The notes beneath the pieces were generated by a model that saw only the letters and a list, made by a program, of their open reading frames with translations, had not been told where the DNA came from and searched no databases. The position numbers and the translations under genes were made by a program. A DNA stretch of 64,000 nt. Source: Gemmatimonadota bacterium. GTDB lineage: Bacteria; Latescibacterota; UBA2968; UBA8231. The stretch spans positions 34,681 to 98,680 of the forward strand of contig JAYPJE010000004.1 of NCBI GenBank assembly GCA_038128265.1. The letters are read 5' to 3'. How positions within the stretch are numbered: position 1 is the stretch's first letter; every line of letters starts with the position of its first letter. Shown here piece by piece: positions 38,153 through 48,615 of this stretch.

Positions 38153-38279
38153 CGGACCCTAATGCGGTGAATCTGCTTGACGAAAAATTGACATAGGTTT
38201 ATTATAAATAAACAGTTTACCCATAATTGGTCAATGCCCCACGCCCCTCTCTACCCCTCGTGCAACGACCTGTAATTCA

Positions 38280-39656
38280 TTGAAAAAATTCGACCCATCC
38301 ACGTGGTTTTGGGCCAGTATAGCCGTTGCCGCCCTCGCCATGGGCATTCGATTGGAGCGGCTCCACTCATTGGAGACCACTCCCGCCGTCGCCGCGGGCA
38401 CTACGCTCGTTCCCATCGCTGCAGTTGCCGCGCCGACCGATCATACCGAACAGGCCCCTCCAGAGACGGCCGCCGCCGACTGGACCTTTGTCGGCCCTCC
38501 CATCGCGCCACCGATGACCATCGACACCACACCCGATCACGTCGTCTTGCAGGATACCCTGCGCACCGGCGATTCCATTTACCTATCGCTCAAGCGCAAC
38601 GACGTCAGCGAACGCCAGATATCGCAGCTCAACGCCGCGCTCAGCAAGGTCTTTAACGCGAGCAGCCAGTCGCGCCCAGACGACTACTACCAGCTTATCG
38701 TCGATACCAGCGGCGTCGTGCGCTCCTTTTCCTACACGCCGAGCAGGGAGCCCGAACGTCCGATTTTCATCGAGCGCCTTGACGGCCAATTAATCGGCAA
38801 GCGCCAAGAGCTGGCGCTCGATAAGCGCCTCTTCGCAGCGGAAGTGTTTATTGAAGACAACCTGGCCAATGCCATTAGCGCCGCCGGCGAAGGGGATGCG
38901 CTGACCGATCGCATCACCGATAATATCTTTGGCTCGGTCATCGATTTTCGACAAAACCCGCGCAAGGGTGACCGCATTCGCGCACTCTATGAAAAGGAGT
39001 ACCTGGACGGGCGCTTTATTCGCTACGGTCGCGTCCTCCTAGCCGAGTACCAAGGGCAAGTCGTCCAACAGGCCGCTTTCTACTACGATCCGCCCAAAGG
39101 CGATGCCGGCTACTACGACGATCAGGGCAATTCGCTAGCTCGTATGTTTCTGCTCTATCCGCTTCCCTTCCGCGGCATTAACTCGCACTTCAATCTGCGC
39201 CGCTTTCACCCCGTGCTCAAGCGCAACGTGCCCCATCTCGGCACCGACTACGCCGCTTCGCGCGGCACGCCGGTCTTTGCCACGGCCATCGGCACGGTCA
39301 CCCACGCCGGTAGCAAGGGCAGCTATGGCCTCCTCGTGGAGATCCAGCACGCCAACGGCTACCGCACGCGCTATGCCCACCTCAGTAAGGTGCGCGTCAA
39401 ACGGGGGCAGCGCGTTGCCCAGCAGCAGACCGTTGGCAATGTAGGCACAACCGGACGCTCCACTGGGCCCCACCTGCACTACGAGATTCTCAAAAACGGG
39501 CGCCAGATCAATCCTACTTCGGTCAACCGCGGCGAACGCGGCAAGCCGCTAGACAAGGCGTATAACGGCCACTTTGCCGCGCACCGCGATTCGCTTATGC
39601 GCATGCTCAATACGCATCTACAGCGCGCGGTTATAGCCACCGCGCCAACCCACTAA
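38280..39656 (+). CDS. M23 peptidoglycan DD-endopeptidase (MepM-like)
   Basis: Motifs HLGTDY (HxxxD), YAHLS and STGPHLHYE; N-terminal anchor. Confidence 0.9.
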   Translation: MKKFDPSTWFWASIAVAALAMGIRLERLHSLETTPAVAAGTTLVPIAAVAAPTDHTEQAPPETAAADWTFVGPPIAPPMTIDTTPDHVVLQDTLRTGDSIYLSLKRNDVSERQISQLNAALSKVFNASSQSRPDDYYQLIVDTSGVVRSFSYTPSREPERPIFIERLDGQLIGKRQELALDKRLFAAEVFIEDNLANAISAAGEGDALTDRITDNIFGSVIDFRQNPRKGDRIRALYEKEYLDGRFIRYGRVLLAEYQGQVVQQAAFYYDPPKGDAGYYDDQGNSLARMFLLYPLPFRGINSHFNLRRFHPVLKRNVPHLGTDYAASRGTPVFATAIGTVTHAGSKGSYGLLVEIQHANGYRTRYAHLSKVRVKRGQRVAQQQTVGNVGTTGRSTGPHLHYEILKNGRQINPTSVNRGERGKPLDKAYNGHFAAHRDSLMRMLNTHLQRAVIATAPTH

Positions 39657-39660
39657 CCGC

Positions 39661-39698
39661 AGCCGCTGCGCCCCCTTGACACGGCGGGCGCAGCGGCT
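39661..39698 (+). terminator. Inverted repeat / probable terminator after the M23 gene
   Basis: Perfect 13-bp stem AGCCGCTGCGCCC/GGGCGCAGCGGCT with a weak T-tail. Confidence 0.5.
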
Positions 39699-39740
39699 TC
39701 TATTGTGCTGCAGGACACCCCAATTTTCCCAGTATAAGCC

Positions 39741-40148
39741 ATGAGCGAAGAGTCAAAACGCGCGATAGAGGATCTGGCCGAGCGCGACGGGCGTTATAAG
39801 TTTGAGGCGTATCTCTTTGTCTACGATGCCCTGCGCTATACCGTAAAGAAGATGGGCCGCACCCATTTGTCCGAAGACGAGCGCCACATCTCCGGTCGCG
39901 ACCTGCTGGCCGGCATCAGCGAATACGCCTTTAACGAGTACGGTCCCCTGACCCGCGAGGTCTTTGCCCACTGGCGCGTGCATCAAACGCGCGACTTTGG
40001 CGAGATCGTCTTTAGCCTGGTCTCCATTGGCCAAATGGGCAAGACGGAACGCGACCGAATCGAGGACTTTATCGACGTCTACGACTTTGACGAGGAATTC
40101 GATTGGAAAAGGCGCCGAGCGGCGCAGCAATCGACGAAAAAAACATGA
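39741..40148 (+). CDS. Minf_1886-family protein
   Basis: 'DGRY..EAYLFV..AL..T..HISGRDLL.G..YA..YGPL..V..W....DFGEIVF.LV' matches the family as recalled. Confidence 0.8.
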   Translation: MSEESKRAIEDLAERDGRYKFEAYLFVYDALRYTVKKMGRTHLSEDERHISGRDLLAGISEYAFNEYGPLTREVFAHWRVHQTRDFGEIVFSLVSIGQMGKTERDRIEDFIDVYDFDEEFDWKRRRAAQQSTKKT

Positions 40149-41407
40149 AGATTGCCTATTTCGACTGCTTTTCCGGTATCAGCGGCGATATGGTGCTCGG
40201 CGCCCTGGTCGACGCGGGCCTCGAACTCGACGCGCTGCGCGCCGAATTGGACAAGCTCGGCGTGGCCCAACTCGATCTCACCCGGGAGCGAGCCGTGCGC
40301 CAGGCCATTGCCGGCACGCGCGTGCAAGTGCACGTCGGCGGGCGTCCCATCGAAGCGAAAGACGAACACCACTTCACGCCCGTTTCCCCCAGCGCAGCGC
40401 GTGCGCCCCTGCCACTGCTGCCGTCCCAAGCGGGCAAAGACGGCCACGAGCATCACCGCCTGGAAGACATTCTCTCGCTCATCGACAGCAGCCGCTTGGA
40501 CGAACAGGTGCGCATACAGGCGCGCACCGTATTCCAACGCTTGGCCGAGGCCGAGGCCACCGTGCACGGCAGCCCGCCCGAGCACGTCCACCTGCATGAG
40601 GTCGGCGCGCTCGACGCCGTTGCCGATATTGTGGGCGCGGTCGCGGGACTCCATCTGTTGGGCATCGAAAAGGTCTACTCGTCGCCGCTGCACTTTGGCA
40701 CCGGTTTTGTGCGCTGTGCGCACGGGCGCTATCCCGTACCCGTGCCCGGCGTCCTAGCCCTCTGCCGGGACATTCCCAGCGTTCAAACAGACATACGCGC
40801 CGAGTTGGTCACGCCCACGGGGGCCGCGCTCATCACGACGCTGGCCTGTCAGTTTGGACCCGCTCCCCCTTTTGCGCAGAAAGCCGTCGGCTACGGAGCA
40901 GGCAGCCGCGACCTAGAGCAGGTTCCCAATATGCTGCGCGTGCGCATCGGCGAGCAGACTGCTGGCGCCAGCCGCGAAGAGTTGCTGCACGTCGAGGCCA
41001 ATATCGACGATATGAATCCCGAGGTCTACGGCTACCTCTTCGAGCTGCTGCTCGAACGCGGCGCCCGCGACGTCTACGTAACGCCTATTGCCATGAAAAA
41101 GGGGCGCCCTGCGCACCTGCTGGGCGTGCTAACCGACACCGCGCATAGCAGGGATGTGATCGATACCATACTGGCCGAAACGACGACGCTGGGCGTGCGC
41201 TACCACGCCGTGGAGCGCCAGGTCTTGCAGCGCGAGCAGCGCCAGGTCGATACGCCCTATGGTCGCGTCGGCGTCAAGGTGGGCTTAGTCGGAGACCGCC
41301 GCCGCGCCGCACCCGAGTACGAGGACTGCGCCCGCCTGGCGCGCCAGCACCGCGTTCCGCTCCTCACCGTTTACCAAGCGGCTAGTCTGGCCGCCAGCGA
41401 GGAATGA
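40145..41407 (+). CDS. larC: Nickel-pincer cofactor biosynthesis protein LarC
   Basis: Motifs YFDCFSGISGDM, HLHEVGALD, ELVTPTGAA, GYGAG, EANIDDM, MKKGRP, ETTTLGVR and PEYED. Start ATG 40145. Confidence 0.93.
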   Translation: MKIAYFDCFSGISGDMVLGALVDAGLELDALRAELDKLGVAQLDLTRERAVRQAIAGTRVQVHVGGRPIEAKDEHHFTPVSPSAARAPLPLLPSQAGKDGHEHHRLEDILSLIDSSRLDEQVRIQARTVFQRLAEAEATVHGSPPEHVHLHEVGALDAVADIVGAVAGLHLLGIEKVYSSPLHFGTGFVRCAHGRYPVPVPGVLALCRDIPSVQTDIRAELVTPTGAALITTLACQFGPAPPFAQKAVGYGAGSRDLEQVPNMLRVRIGEQTAGASREELLHVEANIDDMNPEVYGYLFELLLERGARDVYVTPIAMKKGRPAHLLGVLTDTAHSRDVIDTILAETTTLGVRYHAVERQVLQREQRQVDTPYGRVGVKVGLVGDRRRAAPEYEDCARLARQHRVPLLTVYQAASLAASEE

Positions 41408-42153
41408 TTATGTCTAATCGCTTTGCATGCATTGCCCTACTTTGTGCCGCCCTCTCGGCCTCGGCAGCCCGTGCTTCCGACCTCGACGAATTCGACAACA
41501 TGCGCCGCCTGGCCGCGCGTGACGGCGTCGAGCGCATCGCGTACGGAGATGCCAACGGGCGCGTGCACATCCTAGAGGGCAATGGAGCGACCTTTAACGA
41601 AGTGTGGGTCAGCGAGTATTTAGAAGGTGCCATCGCCGGTCTATTTGTCGTCGATGTGAACGACGACGAACTCGAGGAAATCGTCGTCTTCACCGACCGC
41701 GGGCGCATTCACTACCTCGACTCGCAGGACTACCGCACCATCTGGAGTAACCCGCCCAGCGAGTACGAGCGCATAACGTGCCAAACCGTCTACGATACCG
41801 ACGACGATCCGCAGCCCGAACTCCTGTTTTGCGCCGACGGCTACCTAATTGTCTACGACGGGCGCGACCAGTACGAGCAGTGGCGCAGCGACCAGAGCAA
41901 CCTCACATCGCGCCAAATTCTCATCGGCGACGTAGACGGCGACGGCGATCAGGAAATCGTCCTCAACGACGGCTACGTATTCGATGCGCGCTTTTTTGAC
42001 CTCGAGTGGCAATCCCCCGACGCTTTTGGCGAACGACTCGGCCTGCTCGATATTGACGAAGACGGCATTGCCGAGTTAATCGGCGAATTTCAGGGGCGCT
42101 ACCTGCGGGTTTTTGACGTCGATCTGCGCCGCGAAAAGTCGCTCGCCCGCTAA
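41404..42153 (+). CDS. Exported FG-GAP/VCBS-type repeat protein
   Basis: Signal peptide; repeats DVNDDELEEI, DTDDDPQPEL, DVDGDGDQEI and DIDEDGIAEL. Confidence 0.75.
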   Translation: MIMSNRFACIALLCAALSASAARASDLDEFDNMRRLAARDGVERIAYGDANGRVHILEGNGATFNEVWVSEYLEGAIAGLFVVDVNDDELEEIVVFTDRGRIHYLDSQDYRTIWSNPPSEYERITCQTVYDTDDDPQPELLFCADGYLIVYDGRDQYEQWRSDQSNLTSRQILIGDVDGDGDQEIVLNDGYVFDARFFDLEWQSPDAFGERLGLLDIDEDGIAELIGEFQGRYLRVFDVDLRREKSLAR

Positions 42154-42244
42154 CGTCTCTTCCTATTGACACTCGCCCATTGCCGAGCGAATATATTCGA
42201 CACCTTTTAAGCGCTCAGGAATCACTTAGACGAGGAGCTCCCTT

Positions 42245-43237
42245 ATGGCACGACCCGTAACCCTTTTCACCGGCCAGTGGGCCGACTTAGACATCGAAAC
42301 CATGTGCCAGAAAGCCAAGGACTTTGGCTACGACGGCTTGGAGTTGGCCTGCTGGGGCGACCACTTTGAAGTGGGCAAAGCCAACGCCAGCTACTGCAAG
42401 GCCAAGCGCCAGCTGCTGGATAAGTACGATCTGCAGCTCTTCTCCATTTCCAACCACCTGGTCGGCCAGGCCGTCTGCGATAATATCGACGAGCGCCACA
42501 AAGCCATTTTGGCCCCTGACATTTGGGGAGACGGGTCTCCCGAAGGGGTGCGCAAACGCGCTGCAAGGGAGATGATCGCCACGGCGAAAGCAGCTAGCCG
42601 CCTGGGCGTCGACGTAGTCAACGGCTTTACCGGCTCGTCCATTTGGCACCTGCTCTATTCCTTTCCGCCCGTTTCTCCCGACATGATCGAAAAGGGCTAC
42701 AGAGACTTTGCCAAGCGCTGGAAGCCTATTCTCGACCAGTTTCACAAGCTCGGCGTCAAATTCGCCCTAGAAGTCCATCCGACGGAAATCGCCTTTGATA
42801 TCGCCTCGGCCGAACGCGCCATTGCCGCGCTGGATGGACACCCGGCCTTCGGCTTCAACTACGATCCGAGCCACTTGGGCTATCAGGGCGTCGACTACGT
42901 AGAATTCATCTACCGCTTTAGCGACCGCATCTTCCACGTGCATATGAAAGACGTCGGCTGGTCTGCTACACCGACGGATGCCGGCGTCTTTGGCGGACAC
43001 GTCGACTTTGGCGATCGCCGTCGCTACTGGGACTTCCGCTCGCTTGGGCGCGGCAACATCGATTTTGAAGAAATCATCCGCGCGCTCAACCGCATTAACT
43101 ACCAGGGGCCCCTTTCCGTCGAATGGGAAGACAGCGGCATGGACCGCGAGCACGGAGCGACGGAAGCCGCAGCGTTCGTGAAAGAGGTCGACTTTAAACC
43201 TTCGGACCTCGCCTTTGACGCCGCATTTGAAAAATAG
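42245..43237 (+). CDS. Sugar phosphate isomerase/epimerase (IolE-like TIM barrel)
   Basis: Motifs [42 protein letters not shown] and SVEWED. GAGGAG RBS. Confidence 0.88.
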   Translation: MARPVTLFTGQWADLDIETMCQKAKDFGYDGLELACWGDHFEVGKANASYCKAKRQLLDKYDLQLFSISNHLVGQAVCDNIDERHKAILAPDIWGDGSPEGVRKRAAREMIATAKAASRLGVDVVNGFTGSSIWHLLYSFPPVSPDMIEKGYRDFAKRWKPILDQFHKLGVKFALEVHPTEIAFDIASAERAIAALDGHPAFGFNYDPSHLGYQGVDYVEFIYRFSDRIFHVHMKDVGWSATPTDAGVFGGHVDFGDRRRYWDFRSLGRGNIDFEEIIRALNRINYQGPLSVEWEDSGMDREHGATEAAAFVKEVDFKPSDLAFDAAFEK

Positions 43238-43880
43238 GACTGCGCTCGGACAGGAGGGGCTCTGGCCACATTTTCAGAGCCCCCCCTTCTGGGTTGCCGT
43301 CTTTGCCATTCTGCTGGCCGCGCTGAGTCCTGCAAAAGCCCAGTTCCTGCCGGGCGAGCTGGACGACATTCACCAGCGCCTGGCCGAAAAAGCGCTGCAC
43401 GCCGATTTGGCCAACCCCAACGAAGAGGCCCTACTACAGGTACTGATCGAAGTCGCGCTCGCCCGCGATGCGCTGATCGATACGGCTGTCGTCTACGACA
43501 TCATCGTCCACTACGACCCCAATCGCTATCAAAACCCGCGCGTAGGCACCTACCCACTGCGCTTTGAAGAACAGCTTGTTTTTTGGGGCAAGCGCGTTGC
43601 TCACTATACTAAAAGCACGGAATGGAAAAGCGGCCGATTCTATCTGCGCGACCTGTCAACCGGACGCGTTGCATGGCTCTTTACCGCCGACGCCCGCCGA
43701 CTCTACGCCCCGTCCAAAGCACCGCGCACAGCGCGCGATATATCGCCCTATACCGACTTGGAGACGACGGGCAAGTGGCTGCGCGCCATCCGCGAGGAAG
43801 ATCGCGACTCCGTAGAACAGCGCCTGCGCCAAGAGGCACAACAGCGGGCCCAATCTCTGACCAAGGATTTAAAACCGTGA
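43227..43880 (+). CDS. Hypothetical exported protein (start uncertain)
   Basis: Open frame filling the gap, with a signal-like segment [19 protein letters not shown]. The stop overlaps the dppA GTG. Confidence 0.55.
   Translation: MKNRTALGQEGLWPHFQSPPFWVAVFAILLAALSPAKAQFLPGELDDIHQRLAEKALHADLANPNEEALLQVLIEVALARDALIDTAVVYDIIVHYDPNRYQNPRVGTYPLRFEEQLVFWGKRVAHYTKSTEWKSGRFYLRDLSTGRVAWLFTADARRLYAPSKAPRTARDISPYTDLETTGKWLRAIREEDRDSVEQRLRQEAQQRAQSLTKDLKP
43252..43290 (+). terminator. Probable terminator after the TIM-barrel gene
   Basis: GGGGCTCTG...CAGAGCCCC stem followed by TTTCT. Confidence 0.5.
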
Positions 43881-45436
43881 ATCTTCTCTTGATGCTGCTC
43901 GCCCTGTTTCTGCTGGCCTGTGGAGGAACACAAAACAGCAGCGATACGCTGGTATTTGTCCGCGGCTCCGACTCTGTTGGACTAGATCCCGCTTTGGAAA
44001 CAGACGGCGAATCGTTTAAGGTCTGCGACAACATCTACGAAACGCTCGTCACCTACGACAAGGAGACGACGCGCGTGGTCCCCCAGCTGGCCCGTTCCTG
44101 GGACGTTTCGGCAGACAGGCTTACGTGGACATTTCACCTGCGCACCGACGTAACGTTTCACGACGGAACCCCTTTCAACGCCCAGGCCATGCTCTTCTCC
44201 CTGGGTCGCCAGTTTTTCTCAGACCATCCGCATCACCAAGTAGAGGGGGCCTACAAGTACTGGAAGGACATGGGCATGGACGAAATCGTCGCCGATATGT
44301 CGGCGACCGACGATTCGACCTTTGTCATCCAACTCAAACGCGCGAATGCCCCTTTCCTGTCCAACTTGGCAATGAACTTCTGTGCCGCCGTCAGTCCGGC
44401 AGCCGTCGACCAGCACGGGCGCGATTTTTTCAAGAACCCCGTCGGCACGGGTCCATTTCGCTTTGTCGAGTGGCGCAAGGACGAGCGCATTGTGCTGGAG
44501 CGCAACGAAGCCCATTGGGATGAGAAAACGCCCCTGAAGCGACTCATTTTCAAACCAATCCAAGAAGCGTCTGTCCGCTTTCTCGAATTGCAGAAGGGCA
44601 CGGCGCAGGGCATGGATAATCTCAACCCCGAGTATATCGAGCAGATTCGCAGCAACCCAGAGCTCAAACTGCTGACCCAACCCGGAATGAACGTCGGCTA
44701 TCTGGCGATGAATATGGACAAACCGCCCTTTGACAATCCGCTGGTGCGGCGCGCCCTAAACCACGCCATCGACAAGCAGGCGCTAGTAGACAATTTCTAT
44801 CAGGGACTGGCCCTGACGGCCAAAAACCCCATCCCCCCGACGCTGTGGAGCTACAACGACGACGTGCCTGGCTACGCCTACGATCCACAGCGCGCGCGCC
44901 AACTGCTTAGCGAGGCAGGGCTAGCAGACGGCTTTGAAACCGAGCTGTGGGCCATGCCCGTGCCGCGCCCTTACATGCCGCAGCCCGACAAAATTGCCCA
45001 AGCTATCCAAGCCGACCTGGACAAGATTGGCGTGCGGGCCAAAATCGTGCAGTGGGAGTGGGGTACCTACCTCGACAAAGTATCGCAGGGCGAACACCCC
45101 ATGGCCCTGCTCGGGTGGACCGGAGACAATGGCGATCCAGACAACTTTCTCTATGTCTTACTCGACCAAACGGCCGCGGAGAAACCGGCGCAGAACATTG
45201 CCTTCTACCGCAGCGACGAGCTCCACGAACTGCTAGTGGAAGCGCGCTCCAGCTCCGAGCGCGCCGAACGCGAACGCCTCTACCGCCGCGCCCAGGAAAT
45301 TATTTTCCGCGATGCCCCCTGGGTACCGCTGGTGCACGCCACGCAGACAGCGGCGTTTCGGGCCAACGTAGATGGATTTACGATGCACCCGACCGGCAGC
45401 AAGTGGTTTCGCACCGTGCGCATGAGCACCCCCTAG
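43877..45436 (+). CDS. dppA: Peptide ABC transporter substrate-binding lipoprotein (DppA-like, family 5)
   Basis: LLAC lipobox after GTG 43877; motifs LDPA, IYETLV, FHDGTPFNA, PVGTGPF, AMPVPRPYMP and GWTGDNGDPDNF. Confidence 0.9.
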   Translation: MNLLLMLLALFLLACGGTQNSSDTLVFVRGSDSVGLDPALETDGESFKVCDNIYETLVTYDKETTRVVPQLARSWDVSADRLTWTFHLRTDVTFHDGTPFNAQAMLFSLGRQFFSDHPHHQVEGAYKYWKDMGMDEIVADMSATDDSTFVIQLKRANAPFLSNLAMNFCAAVSPAAVDQHGRDFFKNPVGTGPFRFVEWRKDERIVLERNEAHWDEKTPLKRLIFKPIQEASVRFLELQKGTAQGMDNLNPEYIEQIRSNPELKLLTQPGMNVGYLAMNMDKPPFDNPLVRRALNHAIDKQALVDNFYQGLALTAKNPIPPTLWSYNDDVPGYAYDPQRARQLLSEAGLADGFETELWAMPVPRPYMPQPDKIAQAIQADLDKIGVRAKIVQWEWGTYLDKVSQGEHPMALLGWTGDNGDPDNFLYVLLDQTAAEKPAQNIAFYRSDELHELLVEARSSSERAERERLYRRAQEIIFRDAPWVPLVHATQTAAFRANVDGFTMHPTGSKWFRTVRMSTP

Positions 45437-45444
45437 CCTAGGCC

Positions 45445-46452
45445 ATGCATCGCTACGTACTCAAGCGCATCGCCCTGCTCTTTCCGACGCTGCTGGGCAT
45501 TTCGCTGCTCGTCTTTCTCATGCTCTACTTCGTGCCGGGCGATCCAGCGCAAGTCATGCTCGGCGAGCGCGCCAACGCCGAGACGCTGGCTGCCCTGCGC
45601 GCCGAGATGGGACTTGACCAGCCCTTTCACGTGCAGTTCTACCGTTTTTTCTCCGGCTTACTCTCCGGCGATCTGGGCCGTTCGATTCGCACGCACGAAA
45701 AGATCACCGTCGAGATTTTTCAACGCTTTCCCGCTACCATTGAGCTGACGTTTTTCAGCATGCTGATCGCCGTCATCGTGGGAATCAGCACCGGCATTCT
45801 GGCCGCCGTGCGCCGCGGCAAGCTCGTCGACCTGCTCAGTATGATGGGAGCCACCGCCGGCATCTCGCTTCCCATATTTTGGCTAGCGCTACTGCTGGTC
45901 CTGCTGTTCTCCGTCTACCTACCCGTCTTCCCCGTATCGGGGCGCCTCAGCACGCATATCTACCTCGAACAGGTCACCTATTTTTACACGCTTGACGCGC
46001 TGCTCGTCGGCGACTGGAACGCCTTTTCCAATGTGATATGGCACCTTTTTCTGCCAGCCATAGCCCTGGGCACAATTCCCATGGCCGTTATCGCCCGCAT
46101 GACGCGCGCCAGCCTGCTCGAAGTGCTCGGCGAGGACTACGTGCGCACCGCCTGGGCTAAGGGCCTGTCGCGCCGCTGGGTCGTCTTGCGCCATGCCGTA
46201 CGCAACTCGTTTATTCCAACCCTCACCGTTATCGCCCTAGAATTTGGCTACCTGCTCGGCGGGGCTGTCATTACCGAAACCATCTTTGCCTGGCCCGGCG
46301 TCGGCCGCTGGCTTTTTCTCGCCGTGCAGGCGCGCGACTTTCGCGCTGTCCAGGGCGGCGTGCTGCTCATCGCTACGGTCTTTGTATTGATCAACCTGCT
46401 AGCCGACGTGCTCTACGCCTGGCTGGATCCGCGCATTCGCTACGAAGAGTAG
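45445..46452 (+). CDS. dppB: Peptide ABC transporter permease (DppB-like)
   Basis: Motifs PGDPA, GDLGRS, FPATIEL, DYVRTAWAKGL and ETIFAWPGVG. Confidence 0.92.
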   Translation: MHRYVLKRIALLFPTLLGISLLVFLMLYFVPGDPAQVMLGERANAETLAALRAEMGLDQPFHVQFYRFFSGLLSGDLGRSIRTHEKITVEIFQRFPATIELTFFSMLIAVIVGISTGILAAVRRGKLVDLLSMMGATAGISLPIFWLALLLVLLFSVYLPVFPVSGRLSTHIYLEQVTYFYTLDALLVGDWNAFSNVIWHLFLPAIALGTIPMAVIARMTRASLLEVLGEDYVRTAWAKGLSRRWVVLRHAVRNSFIPTLTVIALEFGYLLGGAVITETIFAWPGVGRWLFLAVQARDFRAVQGGVLLIATVFVLINLLADVLYAWLDPRIRYEE

Positions 46453-46474
46453 ATCGCGCTCCACCCCCAATAAA

Positions 46475-46509
46475 AATGGGTCGATGCGCCTTATGCGCAC
46501 CGACCCATT
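46475..46509. terminator. Terminator between convergent genes
   Basis: AATGGGTCGATGCGC-CTTAT-GCGCACCGACCCATT stem, with a T-run on the minus side. Confidence 0.7.
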
Positions 46510-46535
46510 ACCGTCTACTGCCTGAATCTGAGAGC

Positions 46536-47666
46536 CTACAGGCGCGTCCACGCCCCTTTTTTCTTTGAACTCTCAACGGCTGCCTTGACGAACTTCATAC
46601 CCGCTACGCCCTCGTCAACGCCGGGGTGATCAAAGGCATCGGGCACGTTCTTCTCGCCGTTTCTCTTGCGCACCAAGCGCTCCATGGTCGTGTGCAGATT
46701 GGCCAGCGCCTCAAAGAAGTCTTCGTGATGGCCAGCCGGAACGCGCAAGTACGACGCCACAGAAGCGGGCTCGACGCCGGTGCCAATCCAATAGGTTTCG
46801 TCGTGAGCGCCGCGGCGGACCAGCAATTTCTCGGCCGACTCCTGGTGCCATTCGAGCGACCCCTTGCTGCCGTATACGCGAAAGCCATTGTCATTCTTAT
46901 AGCCAATCGCTATCTGCGTGGCGGTGATAATAGCCGTGGCTCCGTTTTCCATTTCGGCGATGACATTGAAATCATCGTCCAGCACTCGCCCCTTCACAAA
47001 GGCATTTAGTCGCGCCGACACTTTCTTAACGGCCAGGCCGCTTACCCAAGTAGCGGCGACAAAGGCATGCGTGCCAATATCTCCGCCGCAGTTGGAGATG
47101 CCCGTGCGCTTGGGATCTGTGCGCCAGGCCGCCTGCTGCTGACCGCTCTTTTCCAAATCGGTCGCCAGCCAGCCCTGATTGTACCAGGACTCGACCTTGC
47201 GCACCTCGCCGATCTCCCCGCTGCGCACCATCTCCTTGGCCATCATCATCATCGGATGGCCGGTATAGGTGTGTGCCAAGACAAAGGGCACCCGTTTGCG
47301 CTTGGCCAGACGCGCCAGGTCCTGCGCCTCGGGCACCGTCATCGTCATAGGCTTTTCACAGAGGACGGGAATACCCGCCTCGAGGCATGCTTTGGCCGGT
47401 TCGTAGTGGGCAAAGTTGGGCGTTACAATCGTCACATAGTCCAGCGCAAGATCGCCTTTCTGAACGGCCGCAATCATATCTTGATAGCTACCATAGCCTT
47501 CGATGCCGTAGTCCCGCGCTGCGCGCAGAGCGGCCTTGGGATCGGTGCGCAGAGCACCTGCGACCAGCTCGCGACTCGCATCGATTGATATAGCACGGGT
47601 ATGCACCATGCCAAAGAAACTACCGGGACCTCCACCGCCAACCATACCAACTCTGAGTTTGGCCAT
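46536..47666 (-). CDS. Gfo/Idh/MocA family oxidoreductase
   Basis: Motifs GMVGGG, IVTPNFAH, CEKPM, YNQGWL, WRTDP and GDIGTHA. GAGGAG RBS. Confidence 0.9.
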   Translation of the reverse strand: MAKLRVGMVGGGGPGSFFGMVHTRAISIDASRELVAGALRTDPKAALRAARDYGIEGYGSYQDMIAAVQKGDLALDYVTIVTPNFAHYEPAKACLEAGIPVLCEKPMTMTVPEAQDLARLAKRKRVPFVLAHTYTGHPMMMMAKEMVRSGEIGEVRKVESWYNQGWLATDLEKSGQQQAAWRTDPKRTGISNCGGDIGTHAFVAATWVSGLAVKKVSARLNAFVKGRVLDDDFNVIAEMENGATAIITATQIAIGYKNDNGFRVYGSKGSLEWHQESAEKLLVRRGAHDETYWIGTGVEPASVASYLRVPAGHHEDFFEALANLHTTMERLVRKRNGEKNVPDAFDHPGVDEGVAGMKFVKAAVESSKKKGAWTRL

Positions 47667-47841
47667 CTTTTTATCTCCTCACATTAGAAATGCGCACAAC
47701 GGCAAATAATGGATACGCATAAGGGAAGTATCTGTCAATAAACTCGCGGGCCCCAATGGGTAGTGATACGACGGCGCATTTGAGCAACGCTGGGCGACCC
47801 GACGCTCTCGGTTGGCGGCACTGTTTTCACAGCAGCCGCAC

Positions 47842-48615
47842 TCAGTATGGTACGCGCCGTAGGTCTTCGTCTGGAATCCCGTGCACCACGTCCTCTGCGC
47901 GCAGAACTCGTTCGAGGTCGTAGCGCTTGTAGCGCAGCGCAATGCGCGACGACCCCTGCTCGATTTCTACCCGTCGCGGCAGCAGCACCTCCCCAACGCG
48001 CACGTATTCATCCATGGTGCGTTCGATTAACCGCATCCCGGACGGCCTTTCTATGCGTTCGCGCAGGACCAGTCCGCGATGCATATCCAGCCATAGGCGA
48101 CGGCGAACACCCCTTTCGACAAAGGTCGCGATAGCCCGATCGGCGCGCGGATATTCGATCTCAACTGCGCTGGAATCCACAGCCGGCTCCACTAGACCCA
48201 GCAGTGCACGCACCGGCGAATAGGCACCCAAGTCTATACCCGTCAGCTGCGCCAGCAGCGTTCCGCGCGCAGGCCCCTTCCAAGCGCCGCCGACGGCTGG
48301 CCCGTACACCGTCAGGCTATCGCCCTCTTGGACAGCGGTAAAGACGTGACTGTAAAACGGTCCCCGCACCTCAAAGCGAAATAGTTCCTCGCCCTTGAGC
48401 ATCACGAGCGCAGTCGCGCGCTCGCGCAGATCCCCCTGCAGCAGTTCGACGTCCGCCTCCACCGTCAGGTTGTGCAGGGCGCCCAACTCCCCATCCAACA
48501 GGCGCCACAGTGCTGGCAAACCATCCGCTTGGCGCCAGGTGCGGCGCGCCTCTGGCGGCGGCGCGCAGGCTATGCACACACTCAGCAGCAATAACCCCGG
48601 CAGCAGCATCGACAT
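47842..48615 (-). CDS. DUF4292 / LolB-fold-like lipoprotein
   Basis: IAC lipobox, beta-rich body ending 'LLPRRVEIEQ..IALRY'; downstream of a TPR lipoprotein. Confidence 0.6.
   Translation of the reverse strand: MSMLLPGLLLLSVCIACAPPPEARRTWRQADGLPALWRLLDGELGALHNLTVEADVELLQGDLRERATALVMLKGEELFRFEVRGPFYSHVFTAVQEGDSLTVYGPAVGGAWKGPARGTLLAQLTGIDLGAYSPVRALLGLVEPAVDSSAVEIEYPRADRAIATFVERGVRRRLWLDMHRGLVLRERIERPSGMRLIERTMDEYVRVGEVLLPRRVEIEQGSSRIALRYKRYDLERVLRAEDVVHGIPDEDLRRVPY

Noticed and set aside
38233..38274. 13-codon uORF upstream of the M23 peptidase
   Set aside because: No SD and no attenuator structure; expected by chance.
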